Positions 36,183-47,055 of a stretch of 59,360 bases of DNA are shown piece by piece. The notes under the pieces are model-generated. The model saw only the letters and a list, made by a program, of their open reading frames with translations, had not been told where the DNA came from and did not search any database. Position 1 is the stretch's first letter. Every line of letters begins with the position of its first letter. The position numbers and the translations under genes are program-made. The stretch is from an uncultured Oscillospiraceae bacterium (GTDB taxonomy: Bacteria > Bacillota > Clostridia > Christensenellales > CAG-138). The DNA lies in contig CAYWTY010000003.1 in NCBI GenBank assembly GCA_964461335.1, positions 1-59,360 on the forward strand, written 5' to 3'.

Positions 36183-36914
36183 ATGGCTTTACTTAGGAAG
36201 TTTTGTGTTTTGCTCACAGTTTTGCTCCTTTTTGGCTGTTCAAAAAAAGCAGCTCCTGAGGATGCAATGGAGTTTTCAAAACAGCCTTTACAAGAGGAAG
36301 CTACGAGCACGCCAACAAACATAGAAGAAAACGAGGGGCTTGCAGTTACAGATAAAGCTGCCTATATTTTTAACAATGTGCTTTATGGCTCAGCCTCATA
36401 TAAAAACGAGAGCAAGTCCGCGCTACTGCTTTCTGAGGCTGAATTTGCGTTTTCATACTCGGGCGGTGTAGTTGAAAGTGTGCTTACGCCTGTTTCAGGC
36501 GAGAGCGATATTGTGCTACCAGGGGAGACTGCGTTCTGCACCCTATGGCAGACTGTTGATACGCCTTTAGAAGCTTCTTCTATTGAGCTTACCGTAAAGC
36601 TAAAATCAAAGCCTGCAACAAAGCCGCGCCTTGAGCTTGGTGTTGCTGACGCTAGGCTTATTGAGAATTACCCGGGCTTTGCTACGCTCTCAGGCAAACT
36701 GTTTAACCCGGGCACAGTTGTCTGTGAGCTCAACATGGTATATGCGGGCTTTTACGATAAGGACGGAGCGCTTTTAGGCGTATGGCATTTTACACGCAAC
36801 GCGCTTTTAAAGCCTGGTGATGCAGTTGCGTTCGTTGTTCATTTGCGTGCGCTTCCAATAAAAGATTTAGCAAAAAATACTGCCCAAATACGTATGCGCG
36901 CTTTTGGGCTTTAG
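36183..36914 (+). CDS. Hypothetical lipoprotein
   Basis: About 243 aa from MALLRKFCVLLTVLLLFGCSKK (lipobox). No recognisable domain. The track ORF start at 36084 overlaps the pgm 3' end. Confidence 0.6.
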   Translation: MALLRKFCVLLTVLLLFGCSKKAAPEDAMEFSKQPLQEEATSTPTNIEENEGLAVTDKAAYIFNNVLYGSASYKNESKSALLLSEAEFAFSYSGGVVESVLTPVSGESDIVLPGETAFCTLWQTVDTPLEASSIELTVKLKSKPATKPRLELGVADARLIENYPGFATLSGKLFNPGTVVCELNMVYAGFYDKDGALLGVWHFTRNALLKPGDAVAFVVHLRALPIKDLAKNTAQIRMRAFGL

Positions 36915-36941
36915 GCAAAGCGCTGGCTTGGGAGGTTAGCT

Positions 36942-37595
36942 ATGGTTGTGCTTGGTATTTGCGGAATGAGCGGCAGCGGCAAGAGCACGCTTGCTGAGCG
37001 CATTGCAAATTCGCTCTCGTGCAGTGTTGAAATTATAGGGCAGGATTGTTATTATCGGGATCATTCTGAGCTGCCGTTTGAAGAGCGTATGCATATAAAC
37101 TACGATGAGCCGTGCGCTTTTGACCATGATGAGTTCTATGAGGATGTGTGCGCGCTCTCAGAAGGCAAGCCTATTTATGCAAAAGGCTACGATTATTCAA
37201 AGCATTTAAGGGCGGACAGTAAACGGCTTATAATGCCGCCTGATGTACTGCTTTTAGAGGGCATACATATGTTCCTTGATAAGCGGCTCTGCAGTTTAAT
37301 GAGCCTTAAGGTCTATATGCATGTTGATATAGATGTGTGCCTTCTACGGCGCATACGCAGGGATATTCGCGAGCGCGGCAGAGACATAGACAATATTCGT
37401 GAGCAATATCTTTTAACTGTAAAGCCAATGAACGAGCAATATATTATGAAGTATATTCAAGAAGCTGACTTTGCTGTAATGCGCGGCGGAAAGAATGTGC
37501 TTGCAATAGATGCGATATGTGCGTATCTTGGCGCCAAGCTCCTTGCACAAAGGTTTATCAAGGAGCCGGGCTGCAATTCTCTTTACGCAGAATGA
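36942..37595 (+). CDS. udk: Uridine kinase
   Basis: 217 aa. P-loop GICGMSGSGKSTLA. RBS GGGAGG. Confidence 0.88.
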   Translation: MVVLGICGMSGSGKSTLAERIANSLSCSVEIIGQDCYYRDHSELPFEERMHINYDEPCAFDHDEFYEDVCALSEGKPIYAKGYDYSKHLRADSKRLIMPPDVLLLEGIHMFLDKRLCSLMSLKVYMHVDIDVCLLRRIRRDIRERGRDIDNIREQYLLTVKPMNEQYIMKYIQEADFAVMRGGKNVLAIDAICAYLGAKLLAQRFIKEPGCNSLYAE

Positions 37596-37606
37596 AAGGA
37601 TAAGCC

Positions 37607-38767
37607 ATGGAAAAGCCGCCGCAAACCCGCTGGCCCAGAATGCAAAAGATAGTCTTTCTAATTACATATACAATACTGCTCTTTCTTATACTGTTTCGGA
37701 TTGAGGCAGTTTCAAAGGCTGTACTGTGGGTTCTTGATGTGATCTCGCCGCTTTTAATAGGGCTTGCGCTTGCGTTTATCTTCCAACTGCCTATGAACTT
37801 CTTTCAAACCAAAGTGTTTAGCTCGTGGGAGCGGCATAAATGCCTCATACTTAAAAAACTGTATAAACCGCTTACTCTAATACTTGCGTATTTATGCGTG
37901 TTCCTCTTTATTGCGGGCTTTAGTGCGCTTGTGCTCCCCCGCATTGCAGATAGCGTAATGAGGCTTGCAGCAAACTTTACTGTTTATGTTGCAAGGTTTA
38001 GGGATTGGATGGATGGCGTAATGGGCACTGCCTCCATTACCCCGGAGCTAAGCTCGCTTATTAGTGAAGTATGGCAGCAGGTGCTTCTCTTTTTGCAGCA
38101 AATGCTCGCAACTATTGTCAGCCGTGCGTTTGACTTTACAATAGGCCTAACAACAGGCCTAATGCGCTTTTTGCTCGCACTTATGATTTCGGGTTATATG
38201 CTTTACAATAAGACTAAGCTTCTCGCCCAAACAAGGCGGCTTTGCGCAGCCTGCATAGGCGAAGCGAGAACTGCGCGTGCTTGCGATGTGCTTAATATTT
38301 CAAGCCATGTGTTTTCAAGGTTTATAGTAGGCACAATTACTGTTTCGCTTACGCTTGGCGCAATGTGCTTTATTGGGATGCGGCTTTTGAACATGCACTA
38401 TGCGTTCTTTATAAGCTCAATAATTGCTGTAACTCAACTCGTTCCAATACTTGGCCCAATTTTGGGCACAATCCCATGTACGCTTATTCTGCTCGTTATT
38501 GAGCCTAGGCAGGCGCTTTGGTTCGTTTTGTTTATTGCTATTCTTCAGCGTATAGATAATGCCTTTGTTTCCCCGCATATATTAGGCAGCGCAATTGGTC
38601 TTCCCGGCCTCTGGGTGCTTACAAGCATAATTATAGGCGGGGCAATGTTTGGCGTGTGGGGTATGCTCCTTGGCGCACCGCTTGCAGCAGTTGCGTACAG
38701 GCTTGTAGGGGAGTGGGTCAGAAGGCGCGAAAGCGCTTTAAGGGGCAGGGCAGCAGGGGATGGCTGA
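37607..38767 (+). CDS. AI-2E family transporter (PerM/UPF0118)
   Basis: 386 aa, about 8 TM helices. Conserved C-terminal VPILGPILGTIP pattern. Confidence 0.8.
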   Translation: MEKPPQTRWPRMQKIVFLITYTILLFLILFRIEAVSKAVLWVLDVISPLLIGLALAFIFQLPMNFFQTKVFSSWERHKCLILKKLYKPLTLILAYLCVFLFIAGFSALVLPRIADSVMRLAANFTVYVARFRDWMDGVMGTASITPELSSLISEVWQQVLLFLQQMLATIVSRAFDFTIGLTTGLMRFLLALMISGYMLYNKTKLLAQTRRLCAACIGEARTARACDVLNISSHVFSRFIVGTITVSLTLGAMCFIGMRLLNMHYAFFISSIIAVTQLVPILGPILGTIPCTLILLVIEPRQALWFVLFIAILQRIDNAFVSPHILGSAIGLPGLWVLTSIIIGGAMFGVWGMLLGAPLAAVAYRLVGEWVRRRESALRGRAAGDG

Positions 38768-38879
38768 ATAAATTATGAAATTTGCCTGCTTATGTTTTCT
38801 TGGTGGCTGCTTTGTGGTAAACTAAGAAAGCGTTGTTTTTTGCACGGTTTGTGCGCAATCCTAAGAAAGGGGCTTTTAT

Positions 38880-41876
38880 TTGCGAATTAAGCGCGTATTG
38901 CTGATATTATTTGTAGCCTTGCTTAGCGGAGCAGGGCTGTATCTTGTGCTTATAATGCATTCTGGCGAACAGGGGCAGTCTTCAGCAGTAAAAGTCCGCT
39001 TAAATGAGGTTATGACATCAAACCCGGGCGTAGTTGCTGATGAAAACGGCAACTATCCGGACTGGGTAGAGCTTTATAACCCGCTTGACGAAGAAATAGA
39101 TATTTCAGGCTTTGGGCTTACTGATGATAAACTTACTGCTGCAAAATGGGTGTTCCCAACAGGAACCCGCATAAGCGCCAAGGGCTACATTATTGTGTTC
39201 TTTTCAAAATCTGATAATGGCGGCCCGCTTCACGCACCGTTTAAACTTTCCGCCAAAGATGACCTTGTGCTTACAAGCCCGACTGGCAGAGCTATCGACA
39301 GCTTAGCGCTTGTATCAGTTGCTGCTGGCGCTTCTCTAAGCCGTGACGAACTTACAGGCGCGTGGGCAGAAACTGCGTTTCCTTCGCCCGGCTTTCCAAA
39401 TACTGAAGAAGGCTCAATTGCTTACTTTGCTACTTTAAAAGAAAACGTGGTTGACAACGGGGTTCGAATAAACGAGTTTATGGCAAGCAACTCTACAACC
39501 CTGCCAGGGCCTTACGGCGAGTATTCGGATTGGGTAGAGCTTTATAATACAACAGGCGAGGATGTAGAGCTTTTTGGCTGCGGCCTTTCAGATAATATCA
39601 ACCGCCCTATGAAGTGGTCGTTTCCTGAAGGAACTGTAATAAAAGCGCATGATGTGCTGCTTATATATTGCTCAGGCAGGGATGGGCTTATAGAAGGAGC
39701 GCTCCATGTGCCGTTTGCGCTTCGCACCTATAAAGAAGATGTTGTGTTTTCAAGCAGAAAAGGCAAGATTATTGACAGCATTTCTTACAGCAAGCAAGAG
39801 ACGGATCGTTCAATGGCGCGCATACCTGATGGCACAGGCGAATGGCAGCAAGTCGCGCAGCCTACACCCGGTTACCCAAATACTGAAGAAGGCTTTAGTG
39901 AGTTTTCGAAAACTGCGCTATCCCCTAAGGGCCCCATTGTGCTTTCTGAAGCATTAAGCTGCAATGTTTCCTCGCTAAACCGCGAGAGTCAATCTCCCGA
40001 CTGGATAGAGCTCCACAACAGCTCAGGGGAACCTGTCGAACTTTTAGGCTGGGCGCTTTCAGACAACCCCAAAAACCCTGAAAAATGGGTTTTCCCAGAT
40101 ACAACCATGGCGCCTGGCGAATACATGCTTGTTTTTGCAACAGGCGAAGATATAAAAGACACGCAAAAAAAAAAGTTTGAAACCAACTTTGCGCTCTCCT
40201 CCAAAGGCGAAGTAGTGCTGCTTTTTTCGCCAGAAGGCGAACTAATGGATAAGCTGCAGCTCCCTGCAAGCGGGGCTGATATAAGCTTTGGAAGGACAAG
40301 CGCAGGCTTAAGATATTTTAAAAGCCCGACACCAGGCGAAAAAAATTCAGAAGGCTTTCTCGGAATAACCGCTTTGCCTGAGTTTTCAGTTAAACCCGGA
40401 GTATATGAAGAAAAAATAGAAATTGCGCTTAGCGCAGGCGAAGGCTCGAAAATATATTACACTACTGATTGTACTCTGCCTACGCCTGCATCAATACCCT
40501 ATAACGGGCCTATAAAGCTTGAGAAAAACACGGTTATACGAGCAGTGGCAGTGCGCGAGGGGTATTTGCCAGGGCCTGCAGCAACTGGCACATATTTGTT
40601 TTTTAGCGATGGCGCAAAGCACGCCCTGCCAATAGCTGCGCTTGTAAGCGAACCTAAGCACCTTTGGGATAAAAAGACCGGGATTTATGCATTCGGCGAA
40701 AAATATGACCCAGATTTGCCGTATGCGGATGCGCTCCTAAACGCGAACTTCTACCAAGGCAGAGGTACTCAGGGCGAAGAAATGCAAACTGCATGGGAGC
40801 GGCCTTTTAACTTTGCAATATATGGCGAGGATAACATGCTCGCGTTTTCTCAGGATGTCTCAGTTCGCATAGGCGGGGCGTTCGGGCGCGGCAGAAGCCA
40901 GAAAGCGTTTAATATTATTGCGCGCTCGCAATACGGAAGCAAAAGTATGGAACACCCGTTTTTTGAAAGCAGGCAGTTTACAGAGTATAAATCGCTTGTA
41001 CTGCGAGCAGGTGCGCAGGACCAAAACCGTTCAAAAATCCGGGATGAGCTTTCTACAGGCATACTTGAAGGCACAGACGTACGCTTCTTGTTTCAGGCAT
41101 ATAAACCCTATGTGCTCTACCTTAACGGCGAATACTGGGGCGTGTACTTCCTAAAAGAAAAGCGCAGTCGCTTCTTTGTTGCAGCACACGAGGGGGTTGT
41201 GGACTCTGAGGCGCTTGATCTTCTTAAGGCAAGCACCCAAATATCCCATGGGAGCAATAGGGAGTGGCTGAGCCTTATGGACTATATCAGAACCCACGAC
41301 CTTTCCCAAGAGGCGAACTATAAATATGTTGATGAGCGCCTTGATGCGGATAGTTTTATGGATTATATGATTTGTGAGCTTTATGTTGGCAATACAGACT
41401 ATGCAAATATTCAGTATTATAAACTACCAGGGGGCAAATGGAAGTGGGTATATTACGATTTTTGCTGGGGATGGAACAATATTGAGCACACCACAATAAA
41501 AAACCGCCGCGGCACAGTACCTGCAGCCTCTGATTTATTTAATGCAATGCTCAAGAACCAAGGTTGGAGGGATAGGTTCATTCGCCGCTTTGGGGAGCTT
41601 ATGAATACTGTGTATGCGCCTGAGCGCGTAAACAAACTTATTGATACGCTTTATGCTGATGTAGAACCTGAAATCAAGCGCGAGCGCGAAAAGTTTAATG
41701 GGCCAACATTCATGGGCGTTAAGCAGCACCAGGAAGTATTCGGAAGCTATGATAGCTTTTTGCGCAGTGTGGAATATATCCGGAAGTTTGCGCTTGAGCG
41801 GCCTACGCAAATAAAGGCGCAGCTAAAAAGCGAATTTAATTTATCGGATGCGTATATGCGGGAGGTGTTCGGTTGA
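38880..41876 (+). CDS. Membrane-anchored CotH-family protein with three lamin-tail domains and a CHB_HEX_C-like domain
   Basis: 998 aa, TTG start, N-terminal TM helix. Three LTD-type repeats (NEVMTSN...DWVELYNP, NEFMASN...DWVELYNT, SEALSCN...DWIELHNS), an IYYTTDCTLPT module and a C-terminal CotH-like region. Confidence 0.75.
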   Translation: MRIKRVLLILFVALLSGAGLYLVLIMHSGEQGQSSAVKVRLNEVMTSNPGVVADENGNYPDWVELYNPLDEEIDISGFGLTDDKLTAAKWVFPTGTRISAKGYIIVFFSKSDNGGPLHAPFKLSAKDDLVLTSPTGRAIDSLALVSVAAGASLSRDELTGAWAETAFPSPGFPNTEEGSIAYFATLKENVVDNGVRINEFMASNSTTLPGPYGEYSDWVELYNTTGEDVELFGCGLSDNINRPMKWSFPEGTVIKAHDVLLIYCSGRDGLIEGALHVPFALRTYKEDVVFSSRKGKIIDSISYSKQETDRSMARIPDGTGEWQQVAQPTPGYPNTEEGFSEFSKTALSPKGPIVLSEALSCNVSSLNRESQSPDWIELHNSSGEPVELLGWALSDNPKNPEKWVFPDTTMAPGEYMLVFATGEDIKDTQKKKFETNFALSSKGEVVLLFSPEGELMDKLQLPASGADISFGRTSAGLRYFKSPTPGEKNSEGFLGITALPEFSVKPGVYEEKIEIALSAGEGSKIYYTTDCTLPTPASIPYNGPIKLEKNTVIRAVAVREGYLPGPAATGTYLFFSDGAKHALPIAALVSEPKHLWDKKTGIYAFGEKYDPDLPYADALLNANFYQGRGTQGEEMQTAWERPFNFAIYGEDNMLAFSQDVSVRIGGAFGRGRSQKAFNIIARSQYGSKSMEHPFFESRQFTEYKSLVLRAGAQDQNRSKIRDELSTGILEGTDVRFLFQAYKPYVLYLNGEYWGVYFLKEKRSRFFVAAHEGVVDSEALDLLKASTQISHGSNREWLSLMDYIRTHDLSQEANYKYVDERLDADSFMDYMICELYVGNTDYANIQYYKLPGGKWKWVYYDFCWGWNNIEHTTIKNRRGTVPAASDLFNAMLKNQGWRDRFIRRFGELMNTVYAPERVNKLIDTLYADVEPEIKREREKFNGPTFMGVKQHQEVFGSYDSFLRSVEYIRKFALERPTQIKAQLKSEFNLSDAYMREVFG

Positions 41877-42562
41877 GTGTTAAAACCTTCAGGCATGAGC
41901 TTAAATATTATATAGGACAAGCAGAGTATGAGCTTATAAGCCGCAAGCTTGCGCTTACTATGGACCGCGACAGGTTTGCGTTAAGAAGCGGCAAATATTT
42001 CATACGCAGCCTTTATTTTGACGATTATGAGAACAGCGCTCTGCAAGAGAAGCTCGATGGTACGGATAGCAGAAGAAAATACCGCATTCGAAGCTATAAC
42101 CTAAAGGATACAGGCGTTAAGCTTGAATGCAAGCGCAAGGAGGGCCCATATGTCCAAAAAAGCGTGCTTAAGGTTTCAAGGGCTGAATGCGATGCGCTCA
42201 TAAGCGGAAACTTCGGCTTCCTTTTAAGCAGGAGCGAACCTTTTGCACACGAAATGTATGCGATATTTCGTATGCGCAACCTTAAGCCGCGTGTTATAGT
42301 TGAGTATTGGCGTGAGGCGTATGTGTTCCCTGTTGAAGATGTCAGGGTGACATTTGATCAGGATATACGCACAGGTTTTCGCGCAACATCGCTCTTTGAC
42401 CCTACGCTTCCCACTTACCCTGTACTCGACGAGTACGGCATGGTGTTGGAAATAAAATTCAACAAATACCTTCCGGGCCATATACGCGCTCTTGTACAGC
42501 CTGTGCAAAATGCACAGCGGAGCGCAATAAGCAAGTATTGCCTGTGCAGGAAATACGAATAG
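41873..42562 (+). CDS. VTC-domain (polyphosphate-polymerase-like, triphosphate-tunnel fold) protein
   Basis: 229 aa, TTG start overlapping the CotH stop (TTGA). The N-terminal RHELKY motif and the size match bacterial VTC-domain proteins as I recall them. Confidence 0.6.
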   Translation: MSVKTFRHELKYYIGQAEYELISRKLALTMDRDRFALRSGKYFIRSLYFDDYENSALQEKLDGTDSRRKYRIRSYNLKDTGVKLECKRKEGPYVQKSVLKVSRAECDALISGNFGFLLSRSEPFAHEMYAIFRMRNLKPRVIVEYWREAYVFPVEDVRVTFDQDIRTGFRATSLFDPTLPTYPVLDEYGMVLEIKFNKYLPGHIRALVQPVQNAQRSAISKYCLCRKYE

Positions 42563-42575
42563 GAGGATTTTATAA

Positions 42576-43247
42576 ATGCCTGACCCTATTGCAAATGTTT
42601 TCGATATCAAGCACCTCTTCAGCAGCCCGCTTCCGCCGCTGCAGATAATCATCACTCTCTTGGTTTCGCTGCTTCTTGGCGGGTTTATATTCTTCGTCTA
42701 CAAAAAGACATTCGGCGGTGTGCTGTACTCGCGCACATTCAACCTAAGCCTTATTATGCTTACTATGGTCACATCGCTTGTGCTTATTCTTATTGTGAAC
42801 AACCTGACCTTAAGCCTAGGCATGGTGGGTGCGCTCTCAATAATCCGCTTTCGCACAGCAGTTAAAGACCCTATGGATACAGCCTATATGTTTTGGGCTG
42901 TTGGTGAAGGCATAGCGCTTGGTGCGCAGTTTTTTGACGTTGCGTTTATAGGCGCAGCTGTAATTGGGCTTGTTATGGTGCTGATTACTGCGTTTAAACT
43001 GCGTGCAAGCATGCCCTACCTTTTAATATTGCATTTTAATGAAGCTGCAAACGCAGGTGTTAAAAACCTCATTAAGCAGCTCCCGCGTACACGGGTAAGA
43101 AGCCGCACAAGCCAGCGCGAAGGGGTTGAGCTTACAGTTGAAGTTCGGCTTCATGATGAAGAAACTTCAGTTGTTGATAAATTCCTGCGCATAGAAGGCG
43201 TCTTTGATGCAACGCTTATCGCGCACCAGGGGGATATGGTCTCCTAA
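42576..43247 (+). CDS. DUF4956-like multi-TM membrane protein
   Basis: 223 aa. 4-5 TM helices with GALSIIRFRTAVKDPMD, then a soluble C-terminal domain. Starts 13 nt after the VTC gene. Confidence 0.55.
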   Translation: MPDPIANVFDIKHLFSSPLPPLQIIITLLVSLLLGGFIFFVYKKTFGGVLYSRTFNLSLIMLTMVTSLVLILIVNNLTLSLGMVGALSIIRFRTAVKDPMDTAYMFWAVGEGIALGAQFFDVAFIGAAVIGLVMVLITAFKLRASMPYLLILHFNEAANAGVKNLIKQLPRTRVRSRTSQREGVELTVEVRLHDEETSVVDKFLRIEGVFDATLIAHQGDMVS

Positions 43248-43284
43248 GCTGCATTTTTCGGTTTAACCACTATAAAAAGGGCTT

Positions 43285-43322
43285 CCCGGGTGCAGTTGTC
43301 AACGCGCCCGGGCGTTTTGTTT
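43285..43322 (+). terminator. Terminator-like hairpin after the DUF4956 gene
   Basis: CCCGGGTGC, about 10-nt loop, GCGCCCGGG, followed by CGTTTTGTTT. Confidence 0.5.
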
Positions 43323-43352
43323 AAATCAAAGCAAAAATAGTGAAATTTCCGC

Positions 43353-43381
43353 TTGCATTCGTTTTTCGTTTAGTATAGAAT
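43353..43381 (+). promoter_or_regulatory. Candidate sigma-A promoter of the S10 operon
   Basis: TTGCAT, 17-nt spacer, TAGAAT. Leaves a leader of about 200 nt before rpsJ. Confidence 0.4.
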
Positions 43382-43595
43382 ACAAATGCTGCGCAAAAGA
43401 GCAAGCTGTTTTGTGCAGTTGGGATGAAGCAAAAGGTTGCCGGATGCCATCCGGGTAATTTTTGCAGACCGTTCCTAAGAGTGATGGCACTTTGGCTAAA
43501 TGTTGTTCGGGCTGGGAGGAATCCCGGCGCATAAGAAAAGATAGAAACACACGGCCGAGTGTACAGCCCAATTTAAAGAAGGAGGCTTAAATAAT

Positions 43596-43904
43596 ATGGC
43601 AAACCAAAAGCTCCGCATCAAGCTCAAGGCTTACGAGCACAGCCTGATTGACCAGAGCGCAGAGAAAATTGTTGAAACAGCAAAGCGTACAGGCGCGCGT
43701 ATAAGCGGCCCTGTGCCTCTGCCCACTGAAAAGGAAATAATAACAATACTCCGTTCCCCGCATAAGTACAAAGATGCACGAGAGCAGTTTGAAATGCGCA
43801 CCCATAAACGGCTTATCGATATTCTCCAGCCTACGGCAAAGACTGTAGATGCGTTGATGAAGCTCGATTTGCCTGCAGGCGTTGACATTGAAATCAAACT
43901 GTAA
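43596..43904 (+). CDS. rpsJ: 30S ribosomal protein S10
   Basis: 102 aa, [15 protein letters not shown].... RBS GAAGGAGG. First gene of the S10 cluster. Confidence 0.97.
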   Translation: MANQKLRIKLKAYEHSLIDQSAEKIVETAKRTGARISGPVPLPTEKEIITILRSPHKYKDAREQFEMRTHKRLIDILQPTAKTVDALMKLDLPAGVDIEIKL

Positions 43905-43922
43905 GCAAGTGAGGTATTAAGA

Positions 43923-44552
43923 ATGAAAAAAGCCATAGTAGGTAAAAAAGTAGGTATGACGCAGCTTTTCCTAAGTGACGGTACCATGATTCCTGTAACT
44001 GTGGTTGAGGCAGGGCCCTGCCCTGTTATACAGAAAAAAACAGTTGAACATGATGGGTACAGCGCAATACAGGTAGGGTTTGGCGAAATTAGAGAAAAAC
44101 TTGTCAACAAGCCGAATAAGGGTCATTTTGAAAAGGCCGGCATTCGTGCGTTGCGTTATTTGCGCGAGCTTAAGCTTGATAATGCATCAGACTACGAAGT
44201 AGGGGCAGTTATTACTGCTGATACATTCGAAGAAGGCGAGCGCGTTGATGTTATTGGCAAGTCAAAAGGCAAGGGCTTTGCAGGCGTAATTAAGCGCCAC
44301 AATCAGTCCCGCGGCAGGAAGACCCACGGCTCGCATTCCTACCGCACAGCAGGCGCAATGAGTGCGTGCTCAGACCCTTCAAAGGTGTTTAAAACAAAAA
44401 AGCTGCCCGGTCATATGGGCGCAAGCAGGGTTACAGTGCAGAACCTTGAAGTAGTGCGTGTAGACAAAGAGCGCAACCTGCTGCTTGTTAAGGGCGCAGT
44501 TCCCGGAGCAAAGGGCGGCATGGTTGTTGTTAAAAGCACTGTCAAGAAGTAA
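43923..44552 (+). CDS. rplC: 50S ribosomal protein L3
   Basis: 209 aa, [10 protein letters not shown]...KGKGFAG. Conserved operon position. Confidence 0.97.
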   Translation: MKKAIVGKKVGMTQLFLSDGTMIPVTVVEAGPCPVIQKKTVEHDGYSAIQVGFGEIREKLVNKPNKGHFEKAGIRALRYLRELKLDNASDYEVGAVITADTFEEGERVDVIGKSKGKGFAGVIKRHNQSRGRKTHGSHSYRTAGAMSACSDPSKVFKTKKLPGHMGASRVTVQNLEVVRVDKERNLLLVKGAVPGAKGGMVVVKSTVKK

Positions 44553-44576
44553 GCCAAGTATTAAGGAGGAAGCCAA

Positions 44577-45197
44577 ATGCCTAAGGTAGCATTGCATGAT
44601 ATAACAGGCGCGCAGGTTGGCGATATTGAGCTTTCGGAGGAAGTCTTTGCAGCTCCTGTCAATAAAGCCGTAATGCACGAAGTAGTTCGCGCATACCTTG
44701 CAAACCAGCGTCAGGGCACACAGAGCGCACTCACCCGCGCCCAAGTAAGGGGCGGGGGCGCAAAACCATGGCGCCAAAAAGGAACAGGGCGCGCACGCCA
44801 GGGCAGCACACGCTCGCCTCAATGGAGGCATGGCGGTGTTGTATTTGCGCCAAAGCCGCGCGATTATAGAATTAACGTAAACAAAAAAGTCAAACGCTTG
44901 GCAATGAGGAGCGCGCTTACAAGCAAGGTAAGCGAACATGAACTTATTGTATTTAATGCGCTTGATATTGCAGCGCCAAAAACAAAAGAAATGGTTAAGG
45001 TTCTAAAGGCACTGAATGTTGACGGTGCGCTTATAGTTCTAAAAGAAAAGGACGAAATCGTAGAGCGCGCAACAGGCAATATTCCGGGTGTAAAAACAAC
45101 TCTTGTTGGTACGCTCAATGTGTACGAAATACTTAAATACAGCAAGCTCATACTTACAGAGGATGCGCTTAAAATGGTCGAGGAGGTATATAGCTGA
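44577..45197 (+). CDS. rplD: 50S ribosomal protein L4
   Basis: 206 aa, RQGT.S.LTRA.VRGGG.KPWRQKGTGRAR. Confidence 0.97.
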   Translation: MPKVALHDITGAQVGDIELSEEVFAAPVNKAVMHEVVRAYLANQRQGTQSALTRAQVRGGGAKPWRQKGTGRARQGSTRSPQWRHGGVVFAPKPRDYRINVNKKVKRLAMRSALTSKVSEHELIVFNALDIAAPKTKEMVKVLKALNVDGALIVLKEKDEIVERATGNIPGVKTTLVGTLNVYEILKYSKLILTEDALKMVEEVYS

Positions 45198-45493
45198 TGA
45201 AGAATCCGCATGATGTCATCATAAAGCCCGTACTCACAGAAAAGAGCTACGATTATCTGCCATCCAAGACTTATACATTTGTTGTTGATAAACACGCAAA
45301 CAAGACTGAAATCCGCCAGGCAGTCGAGGCTGTATTCGGCGTGAAGGTGGATAGTGTGCATACCCTTAACCGCTTGGGCAAGATTAGGCGCCAGGGTCGC
45401 ACGCAAGGCCGCAGGGCATCCACAAAAAAGGCTTACGTCAGGCTTAAGAAGGACTCAAAAGGGATTGAGTTTTTCGACAGCATGACTCAGTAA
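45197..45493 (+). CDS. rplW: 50S ribosomal protein L23
   Basis: 98 aa, [11 protein letters not shown]...[10 protein letters not shown]. Confidence 0.96.
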   Translation: MKNPHDVIIKPVLTEKSYDYLPSKTYTFVVDKHANKTEIRQAVEAVFGVKVDSVHTLNRLGKIRRQGRTQGRRASTKKAYVRLKKDSKGIEFFDSMTQ

Positions 45494-45503
45494 GGAGGAC
45501 TCT

Positions 45504-46337
<834 letters not shown>

Positions 46338-46358
46338 GTTTGAGGAAGGAGAGCAACA

Positions 46359-46640
46359 ATGTCAAGGTCAATTAAAAAAGGCCCCTATGTGGATGAACGC
46401 CTTTTCAAGCGCCTCACGGCTATGAACGATACGCGCAGGAAGTCCGTTTTGCGCACATGGTCGCGCGCCTCAACCATTTTCCCGGAGTTTGTCGGCCATA
46501 CAATAGCAGTGCATGATGGGCGCAAGCATGTGCCTGTATATATAACTGAGGATATGGTAGGGCATAAGCTTGGCGAGTTTGCCCCTACCCGCACTTTCCG
46601 CGGGCATAAGGGCTCCGAGCGCTCCTCGGGCGCAAGGTAA
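46359..46640 (+). CDS. rpsS: 30S ribosomal protein S19
   Basis: 93 aa, [12 protein letters not shown]...[13 protein letters not shown]. Confidence 0.97.
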   Translation: MSRSIKKGPYVDERLFKRLTAMNDTRRKSVLRTWSRASTIFPEFVGHTIAVHDGRKHVPVYITEDMVGHKLGEFAPTRTFRGHKGSERSSGAR

Positions 46641-46656
46641 GGAGGATATTCAACAA

Positions 46657-47043
46657 ATGGCAACAAGAATTAGAGAAAAAACCGAAGCACGCCGCGAAAA
46701 TAGAGATATGCGGCCACGGGCAATAGCGCGCCATGTGCGAATATCCCCGAGAAAGGTCAGGCTTGTTATAGACCTTATACGCGGCAAATCAATCGGGCAA
46801 GCCCAGGCAATCCTTATGAATATGCCGAAATCCGCTGCTCCTGTTGTGGAAAAGCTGCTTAAGTCAGCGCTTGCAAATGCTGAGAACAACCTGGATCTGA
46901 GCTCGGATACCCTCTATGTGGCTGAAGTGTTTGCAGACCAGGGGCCTACGCTCAAGCGTTTCAGGCCTGCTGCAAAAGGCAGAGCGATGCGTATAAGAAA
47001 GCGCTCAAGCCACATTACAATAATACTGGATCAGGCAAAGTAA
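46657..47043 (+). CDS. rplV: 50S ribosomal protein L22
   Basis: Start at MATRIREK (RBS AAGGAGG). The track ORF start at 46570 overlaps rps[17 protein letters not shown] motif. Confidence 0.95.
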   Translation: MATRIREKTEARRENRDMRPRAIARHVRISPRKVRLVIDLIRGKSIGQAQAILMNMPKSAAPVVEKLLKSALANAENNLDLSSDTLYVAEVFADQGPTLKRFRPAAKGRAMRIRKRSSHITIILDQAK

Positions 47044-47055
47044 AGGAGGGTTACA

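Noticed and set aside
43326-43571. 81-aa minus-strand ORF in the rpsJ upstream region.
   Set aside because: No RBS, it runs antisense through the predicted S10 leader hairpins, and its composition is unremarkable. The region is better explained as a structured 5' UTR.
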